Shown piece after piece: positions 57,257-64,000 of a stretch of DNA of 64,000 nt. The position numbers and the translations under genes are program-made. The stretch is from Bacteroidota bacterium (GTDB lineage Bacteria; Bacteroidota; Ignavibacteria; UBA10030; UBA6906). Where the stretch lies: the NCBI GenBank assembly GCA_017860635.1, contig JAGDMK010000001.1, positions 15,727-79,726 of the forward strand, in the 5' to 3' direction. Position 1 is the first letter of the stretch; the number at the start of each line of letters is the position of its first letter. The notes beneath the pieces were generated by a model. The model was not told the origin of the DNA, did not search any database, and saw nothing but the letters and a program-made list of their open reading frames with translations.

Positions 57257-59059
57257 ATGATGAGAGGCCGCTGTACAATTGTCGTTGCGTTGATCGTTGC
57301 CGGCATGCACCTGCCGCTTTCGGCGCAGACGTTGCGTTCGCAATACCTGGTGAATCCGGATCTTGCGATCGGATACGTGGATAGCTGTGCTCGCTTCTGG
57401 TTCAAGGCCTACGACTCTGTCCGGGGCGGCTTCTCCATGAACATTGACCGCACTGGTAACCTGATTACCTCCTGGGGCACAGGCAAAAACACACTCAACC
57501 AGTCCCGCGACGCGTACGGCTTTCTCCGTGCGTATATGCTCACCGGGAACGCCCAGTATCTCACGTACGCCCGCCGCGCGTTGGACTTCCTGTACCGGTC
57601 AGGATGGGACAGCACGAACGGCGGCTGGTACAACGAGGTGAACAGGGACGGCGTTCCTTCGAATCCGACAGCCAACAAGACCGCCTATTACCAGCACTAT
57701 GCGCTGCTCGGCATAGCGGCATCCGTTGAGGTGACCGATGACAGCCTCGATCGGGTGATGCTCGCACGAAGCCTTGCTCACAACGAGGCACGTTTCTGGG
57801 ACGCGCGGCTGCAGGCATTCGGGTACTATGATCAGACTCTCGCCAACGGTACTCAACCGTCGGGCAAAAGCTTCAATGCCACTGTGGATGCGGTAACAAC
57901 GCACTTGCTCTCGTTGTATCTGATGACGGGGGACTCGGTGTACGCCAGGAGGCTGAGGCAGATTGGGGACAACATGGTGAATCGACTTGCAGCTTCTTCC
58001 GCATCGCAGGCGATCGGGTTTGTGGAAGGATTCGATTCCGACTGGAATCCGGATCCTTCCAACACCATGACCATCATGGGACACGTGCTCAAGACCGGCT
58101 GGTGTCTTGCACGGCTGTATGTGTTGTTTCAGGATACCTCGTACCTGGGTGCTGCGGACCGGCTGGTCGAGTCGGTTGTCCAGAAGGGGTACGATCGCCA
58201 GAACGGCGGTCCGTACAAGGACTACAACCGCGTAACCGGCGAGATGCTGATGTGGGGACAGAAAGACACTGCCAAGGCATGGTGGCAGATGGAGCAGGCT
58301 ATCACCGCCGGCTTGCTTCTCGACTATTGTGGGCACTACTCCTATGCTTCGATCCCAGTGCTGCAGATGGCCGACGAGACGTTGGAGTTCTTTATGAAAT
58401 ACTTTGTCGACCATGTGTACGGGGAGGTGTATGAGAACCGCACCAAGTACGGGGCGCAGATCTGGGACACAAACAAAGGCAGCAGCGGGAAAGCTGCTTA
58501 CCATTCCATCGAACTTGGCTACTATGTGTACTTGTACGGCAAGTTGCTTCTGAGGAAGGAGCCGGCGACGCTGCACTATGCCTTCAGTCCAAAGCCGTAC
58601 GAGCGACAGATTCGCTTGATGCCCATCGTTGGAAAGTACATGATCGCTGGTGTGCTGCTCAACGGAGAGCGTCATTTCTCTTTCGACAAATGGCCCCCCA
58701 TGCTGAGGATCCCGGCAAATGTGGGTGGGGATTTTGCAGTAACCTTCGAGCCCATTGTCACCTCTGTTGATAGCAGGGCAGTCGCCGGCATGCCGGAGCA
58801 ACTGCAATTGGAACAGAACTTTCCTAATCCCTTCAATCCATCCACCACCATTCGCTTCTCACTGCCTGTTGCGGGGAGAGCGATTATGACGGTCCACGAT
58901 ATTCTCGGCAGGGAAGTCGCGAGGCTAGTCGATGAAGAAAAGGCAACGGGGACCTACACGGTCAGGTTCAGCGCGGATGGCTTGGCGTCAGGGGTTTACC
59001 TGTACCGCCTCCAGGCCGGAGGCGTTCAGATGACGAAGCGGATGCTCTATGTGAGATAA
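57257..59059 (+). CDS. AGE-family (N-acylglucosamine/cellobiose 2-epimerase-like) protein with signal peptide and T9SS sorting domain
   Basis: D...GGF, QSR..YGF, D...GG.Y, GH..K.GW, KAWWQ.EQ, K..YH motifs; sorting domain. Confidence 0.8.
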   Translation: MMRGRCTIVVALIVAGMHLPLSAQTLRSQYLVNPDLAIGYVDSCARFWFKAYDSVRGGFSMNIDRTGNLITSWGTGKNTLNQSRDAYGFLRAYMLTGNAQYLTYARRALDFLYRSGWDSTNGGWYNEVNRDGVPSNPTANKTAYYQHYALLGIAASVEVTDDSLDRVMLARSLAHNEARFWDARLQAFGYYDQTLANGTQPSGKSFNATVDAVTTHLLSLYLMTGDSVYARRLRQIGDNMVNRLAASSASQAIGFVEGFDSDWNPDPSNTMTIMGHVLKTGWCLARLYVLFQDTSYLGAADRLVESVVQKGYDRQNGGPYKDYNRVTGEMLMWGQKDTAKAWWQMEQAITAGLLLDYCGHYSYASIPVLQMADETLEFFMKYFVDHVYGEVYENRTKYGAQIWDTNKGSSGKAAYHSIELGYYVYLYGKLLLRKEPATLHYAFSPKPYERQIRLMPIVGKYMIAGVLLNGERHFSFDKWPPMLRIPANVGGDFAVTFEPIVTSVDSRAVAGMPEQLQLEQNFPNPFNPSTTIRFSLPVAGRAIMTVHDILGREVARLVDEEKATGTYTVRFSADGLASGVYLYRLQAGGVQMTKRMLYVR

Positions 59060-59129
59060 GGTTTGGCGATACGATGTGGCTTGGCGTCGAACGTACGATA
59101 GGGCAGTGCCTCAAGCAGCGAAGTTCAGA

Positions 59130-60152
59130 TCATTCGATCCGCACCCCCAGCGAAAAGTGATGCCGGGCTCCGAAGATTCCGAAGGCTTCATATCCGTAAT
59201 CCACCCTGAGCGGGACTCCTCCCAGTTCTTCGGAAAGCCCGATGCCTCCCGTGAATCCCCTCTCGTCATAATTCATCATGTAGCCCAGCCGCGCCACGAT
59301 CATGTTCAGATACGCATATTCAGCGCCGAACTTGATCTTCTCCTCAAAATCGCGCGGATGCCGGCTCTCGATCAGCAGGGTAAGGTTCTTTGCTTCGTCG
59401 TCATCGAGGAAGAACTGCAGCGGCTGGACAGAGATCCCGAAGTTGACCGCAAACGGCATCGGGAACGCCTCATTTTCGTATTTGATCTCGCGTGAGATAT
59501 TCTGCAGCGATGCCCCGAACCGGATGCCGTTGTAGAGAAAATCGTAGCATGCCCCCACATCGAGCGCAAAATCCCCGTGGTCGTACGTACGTTCGCTGAT
59601 GACAAGGTTCGGAGTGGTAATGGACCCGCCGAACGGTCCTACCCATGCTGAGGCCAGGTCCTGCACCGCGTACTTCACCTGGACTCCGTAGCTGAACCGG
59701 TTGCTGACCTGTTGTGCGAACGCCACCCCGAGGGCGTAGGCCTTCGGGGAAAACGTTCCGGTCTCCTCGTACCCTGCGGCATTGGTGGACCGCCGCGTAC
59801 CGTAGAACTCGCCGTAGTCCATCGAGACAAAGCTGACACCCAGAACGCCGAAGCCCCAGAGATCGGCCGTGGCGGCAATGGCGTTGTAGTTGATGTCGGC
59901 GATTCCCTGTGTCCGGTGGAGCGCGATGTCGAACTGCGACTGGTTCCAGGCGGTCAGCGCCGGATTCCAGAATAGCCCGCTCGCGTTGGTCGTCGTGGTG
60001 ATGCCTGTCCCCCCGCGGCCGATGACTTCTGCAGAGACCGGGTTCTCAAGGAACCGGAAGCCCACCTGTGCCTTCTTCGTGATTTGTGAAGCTGCTACAG
60101 CCGGAAGCAGTGCTGCCAGCAGCAGTATGGCGACGCATCTGTGCGTTCTCAT
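59130..60152 (-). CDS. PorV/PorQ-family outer-membrane beta-barrel
   Basis: FL....SA...G.G, LFWNPA, DYG, final beta-strand HHFSLGVRIE. Confidence 0.82.
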   Translation of the reverse strand: MRTHRCVAILLLAALLPAVAASQITKKAQVGFRFLENPVSAEVIGRGGTGITTTTNASGLFWNPALTAWNQSQFDIALHRTQGIADINYNAIAATADLWGFGVLGVSFVSMDYGEFYGTRRSTNAAGYEETGTFSPKAYALGVAFAQQVSNRFSYGVQVKYAVQDLASAWVGPFGGSITTPNLVISERTYDHGDFALDVGACYDFLYNGIRFGASLQNISREIKYENEAFPMPFAVNFGISVQPLQFFLDDDEAKNLTLLIESRHPRDFEEKIKFGAEYAYLNMIVARLGYMMNYDERGFTGGIGLSEELGGVPLRVDYGYEAFGIFGARHHFSLGVRIE

Positions 60153-60160
60153 GGTCGGCC

Positions 60161-62296
60161 TCAACGTACGATCACGAATTTGACGAACTGGTCTTCCAGC
60201 GGATTGCCGTCAAGATCGGCAGATTCCGTCACCGCAAGGATGTAGATGCCGCTTGCCACGTACTGGTTGGTGTCCGTGCGCTGGCCCCACGCATGATCCG
60301 CGGTGCCGTAGTGGGGAATAGTCGTCACGAGATCGCCGGTCTCCGTGAAGATCCTCAGCGTGCACTTCACCGGGAGGTTGACGAAGAGGATCTTGTCGGG
60401 GGTACCGGTGAATCCCAGCGCACCGGAGGCAACCGTCGCGGGATTGGGCACAACCCTGACTTTCCCGCCTTCGCTCAGGCCCGGCTTGAACGAGGCGGCA
60501 GGAAGCTGAGATCGGGTCGCATAGCGAGAGCTCTCCAATGGGGTGCCGGGATTCGGACCGGCCGTGTTTTGCGCGCCATCGTCCACCGCCGTAACGGCGT
60601 AGTAATAGTTGACACCACGCTGGATGTCCCGGTCGATATACGACGTGGCATTCCGATCGGTGGTTTCGTGAATCATGACCCACTCCTCGCCCGCGGATTG
60701 ATCCAGAGGATCGTTCACATAGTATGCGCCCCGCTTGCGGTACACCCGCCAGGCACGCCAGTCATCCACACCGGCCACGGGATCTTTGAAGTAGCCAGCG
60801 TCGGGGTACGACCAGGCGACCTCGATTCTGTCCGGCCCCGACGTGACGGCGATATCCGGTGGCGGTGGAGGAGCGGGTACGGGCTGGCTGCGGCTCATCC
60901 GGTCCCACGCCCAGTATGCCCGGTCGATGGCCTTCCACAATGAATCCCTGCCCCGCAGGATGTACGCACTCTTCATGGAGTCGGTGACGGGCTGCCCATC
61001 CAGCGAGCCGCCGTTGAGCCAGAGTCTCCCGACGGTGTCTGCTTCGCTCTTGCTAATGCTTCCAACCCCCACAGCGTAGACGAATGTGATGGAATCGACG
61101 CGGCCCGTGCTCCTGTCTTTGGTCAGACTGTAAGGGCCCGTGGTGACGAACCGCATCGGTCCTTTTTCCGGCGATGTGCTGAAGCCGGCCGTGATCGCGT
61201 CGGGTGGAAATTTCCCCCGCGAATCATCGCCGCGGTAGGTCTTCTTCAGATCGATGTCGCGGCGGCCCCAGAGATCCTTGATGATCGTCGCATGGGGCAT
61301 GGCGTATGGCTGGCTCACGTCGTCGGTCCGGTCCGACGCCGAACGGTCGGCCTGCAGGAGCGCGAAACCCGGTATCTGCGTCGAGTGCAGGTAGCCCGTG
61401 ACGCGGTCAGGGTCGCCCGTGTCATCGGTTGAGCCGTTGGGGTATGCGCGGCCATTCGGCACCCACGAATCCCAGTAATACGCAACTGCGAGAGAATCGC
61501 GCGGCCGGCCTGTCACCAGTTCTGATTTGCGCTTGAACCAGGAATCCAGATCATCTTCGCCTTCATAGGCGAACGTTCCAATGGACGCGCGCTCGCCGGC
61601 TTTCGTGGGCCCGAAGCTGAAGGCGAGGGGCCACCAGAAACGGATCGTCTGGTCGGGAAGCGTGTCCTTTGCGACGGAGCTTTCCCTCGGGAGTTTGAGC
61701 TCGCCTGTGAACTTGTGCGTGGCCTTCCAGATGAAGTAGTCTCCATGAACGGGATTGCTGAAGGCGAAGATCTCCACGTGCGAGCGGATGCCGAACTGCC
61801 CGAGAACATCTTCAAACTCAAGCTTGATGTCGCACGGCAATGAGGGGTCGACGGCCCACCGGTACGGCGGATCCAGCGCAATGCCGTCAACGGTGATGTG
61901 GGGAGGGCGGTACCGGCGTGTCTCGAGTGCCCAGTCGGTTTTGCCGTAGTTTGTCAGAGCGTCCCCGCGTGTGAACATGGGGCGCGCCACGCCGTTCTCA
62001 TCCAGAATCCCGCTGTCGTCAAGTGAGAGCGGGTTGAAGATCTGATAGAGCATGTTCGACTGCCATCTGTCGGCGGGCCAGAAGAACGTCTCGGTGGAAG
62101 CCCGGTTGTCTCCCGTCAGGTTCCAGCTGAATTGGGACTGCAGTCCGCCGTCGCCCATCAGGCGGTTCATGGCCAGGGAGATACGGTTGATATCCAGGGA
62201 CATCGTCCCTGGGTTGTAGTTGCGTTGCTGTGCGGAGCAGAGCGTGCACCCGATGATTCCGGCTGCAACCACGCGAATCACATTCGAGGTGTTCAT
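60161..62296 (-). CDS. Hypothetical secreted protein with FN3-like region and variant T9SS-type C-terminal domain
   Basis: Signal peptide; PPPPP...YYYAVTAVD; VVPNP...FVNLP..CT.RIFT..GDLV...VASGIY...KFVIVR. Confidence 0.78.
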   Translation of the reverse strand: MNTSNVIRVVAAGIIGCTLCSAQQRNYNPGTMSLDINRISLAMNRLMGDGGLQSQFSWNLTGDNRASTETFFWPADRWQSNMLYQIFNPLSLDDSGILDENGVARPMFTRGDALTNYGKTDWALETRRYRPPHITVDGIALDPPYRWAVDPSLPCDIKLEFEDVLGQFGIRSHVEIFAFSNPVHGDYFIWKATHKFTGELKLPRESSVAKDTLPDQTIRFWWPLAFSFGPTKAGERASIGTFAYEGEDDLDSWFKRKSELVTGRPRDSLAVAYYWDSWVPNGRAYPNGSTDDTGDPDRVTGYLHSTQIPGFALLQADRSASDRTDDVSQPYAMPHATIIKDLWGRRDIDLKKTYRGDDSRGKFPPDAITAGFSTSPEKGPMRFVTTGPYSLTKDRSTGRVDSITFVYAVGVGSISKSEADTVGRLWLNGGSLDGQPVTDSMKSAYILRGRDSLWKAIDRAYWAWDRMSRSQPVPAPPPPPDIAVTSGPDRIEVAWSYPDAGYFKDPVAGVDDWRAWRVYRKRGAYYVNDPLDQSAGEEWVMIHETTDRNATSYIDRDIQRGVNYYYAVTAVDDGAQNTAGPNPGTPLESSRYATRSQLPAASFKPGLSEGGKVRVVPNPATVASGALGFTGTPDKILFVNLPVKCTLRIFTETGDLVTTIPHYGTADHAWGQRTDTNQYVASGIYILAVTESADLDGNPLEDQFVKFVIVR

Positions 62297-62344
62297 TCGT
62301 CGGTCCTGGTGAAGGATGAGCTGAACGGAGAATGCACAGAGTTC

Positions 62345-64000
62345 TCAAAGATTCAGGCGGAGGCCGAGGACATATCTCCGCGGATTAAGGAATATCGGCG
62401 CCTGCCACCAGCCGATCTTGATATGCCCGTCATCAGACTTCCAGTCGCCCCATTTGTCCGATCCCCCCTTGTCCGGTGTCTTCAACGACTGTTTGTAATC
62501 GCTGTACTGGGCCTCCGTCATGTTCCCGGGAACGAGCCACTTGTTGTTTGTGAGATTCTTGATTGTCAGCACGAGTTCCAGTGTGCCCACCCCTATGTCG
62601 ATCATCTTCGATCCGCGGAAGTCGATGTTCCAGTAGTCCACGATGTCGACGTACTGCCAGAGCTTCACGTCCGGCTCGGACGGGTTCATCAGGATGCGTC
62701 CGCCATCGCGCCACTCGAAGAGGAAATTCGCGAAGAACCCACCCAGCCAGTTCCCTCCCAGCCAATCCGATCCGAAATCCATCGGTGTGTGAAGGCTGAG
62801 GTTGGCATTGGCACGGGGACGGGGCTCAGTGACGCTGATGTTGGGCGAGCGCAGCTCGCTGTCTTTCGCCTTCAGGCGGTTTTCATACACGCGCGCCAGT
62901 CCGGACTGACCCGAGCTCTGAACCATGTAATCGTACATCAGGTTGAATGTCACAAAGCGTCCCATTGGCCGCTCGAGACGCAACTCCACGCCGCGGATGT
63001 CGCGGTACGCGTCAGCATAGTACCGGCTGACGATATTGTCCTCGTAGTAGTTGATGTAACTCCTGGTGAGCGGTTCTCCCTGCACATCCTTGTAGTAGGC
63101 AACGACATTGACGATGAAGTCGTTGAGGATCATCTGCTCGTAGCCGAACTCGTACGACACTGTGCGCGCCATATCCAGATCCGGCGTCGGGACGGCGACA
63201 GATCCCAGGTTGAGCTGGGTGTTGTACAGGAATGATACTGCGGGGCGCTGGTAGAAGTGTCCGTAGTTGAAATACATCTTGCTCGCTTCGGTGATCGGGA
63301 AGGCGACACCGAGACGGGGCGAGAAGTACACCTGTACCCGGTTCTCCGTGGTGGGCCACCCGGGAGGATCTGCCATAAGATCGCGGAAGGCGAGCCAGCG
63401 CTCATAGGTGCCGGCGCCCCCGGGGAGGTTGCTGTAGATGTCCGCATACAGTTTTCTGTACTCTTCGGAAAGCGGAAACTCAGTCTGGTACCCCTTCTTC
63501 ATCGGGTTCAGGTAGTCCACTCGGAGCCCTGCGTTCAGTGTCATACCCTCAAACTCGAGCTTGTCCTGCGCATACAATCCAATTTCCAGCGGCGTTGCGT
63601 CGTAGTACTCCCACGTGTCGGGGGTATACGAAAGCTGGGATTGGAACCAGGTGCCCGTGTAGACGAAGAGGTCCTGAAGCCGGACGGAGATGCCCGCCTC
63701 AAGCTGGTGGTGGCGTCCGAGCTGGGCAGTGATGTCTCCCTTCAACTGGTAGACCCATGAATACGAGGAATCGATCCGCTGCGGTCCGCCGAAGAGTGCA
63801 AATGTCCCCAGGCCATCGAACCCGTAATTCGTAGATGCGTTCGGGCTGCCGTAGGTCGGGACGTAGAATCTGTAGGTTTTTCCGGTGTAGGTGGGGATTG
63901 TGCTTGCGCTCGTGTAATATACATACTGGTCGGCGCGGCTGGTATCCATTGCGAACGGCGAGAGCATCTGGTCAGTGTAGCCGATCTGCAGGTCGACAGT
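62345..64000 (-). CDS. TonB-dependent receptor, C-terminal part (5' end outside window)
   Basis: Frame open to window edge; YAQDK.E, NAGLR.DY, FSPRLGV.FPI, FNYGHFYQ.P, NPR...LGLRLNL. Confidence 0.9.
   Translation of the reverse strand, partial: TVDLQIGYTDQMLSPFAMDTSRADQYVYYTSASTIPTYTGKTYRFYVPTYGSPNASTNYGFDGLGTFALFGGPQRIDSSYSWVYQLKGDITAQLGRHHQLEAGISVRLQDLFVYTGTWFQSQLSYTPDTWEYYDATPLEIGLYAQDKLEFEGMTLNAGLRVDYLNPMKKGYQTEFPLSEEYRKLYADIYSNLPGGAGTYERWLAFRDLMADPPGWPTTENRVQVYFSPRLGVAFPITEASKMYFNYGHFYQRPAVSFLYNTQLNLGSVAVPTPDLDMARTVSYEFGYEQMILNDFIVNVVAYYKDVQGEPLTRSYINYYEDNIVSRYYADAYRDIRGVELRLERPMGRFVTFNLMYDYMVQSSGQSGLARVYENRLKAKDSELRSPNISVTEPRPRANANLSLHTPMDFGSDWLGGNWLGGFFANFLFEWRDGGRILMNPSEPDVKLWQYVDIVDYWNIDFRGSKMIDIGVGTLELVLTIKNLTNNKWLVPGNMTEAQYSDYKQSLKTPDKGGSDKWGDWKSDDGHIKIGWWQAPIFLNPRRYVLGLRLNL

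Overview
This is a bacterial window with strong AGGAGG-type ribosome-binding sites. It carries 14 genes ending in the 'QNYPNPFNPSTTI...G.Y.YRL...K..L.K' type IX secretion (T9SS/Por) sorting domain, plus a PorV-like gene. That points to an Ignavibacteria-like or other FCB-group organism (inference). Positions 1-33 kb are a + strand array of 11 secreted cargo genes (BNR/YCF48-type, Kelch and SBBP beta-propellers, beta-helix proteins, an M1 peptidase) separated by a few recurring intergenic modules. Positions 33-64 kb hold DoxX, a DUF4397 protein, hisS-hutH-aldo/keto reductase, msrB, a polysaccharide cluster, a YfiR/histidine kinase pair, an M4 peptidase, an AGE-family epimerase and a TonB-receptor/PorV operon. 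Main finding: three paralogous secreted beta-propeller genes (5795-7939, 8513-10729, 17884-20046) look split in the ORF track but are each one reading frame interrupted by a single in-frame TGA. Each TGA is followed at identical spacing by a hairpin with an (A/G)GGT loop at +18..+21, the register of the E. coli fdhF SECIS. This suggests a family of T9SS-secreted beta-propeller selenoproteins that I do not recognise as described. No selA/selB/selC/selD gene is visible in the window, so this needs genome-level confirmation.
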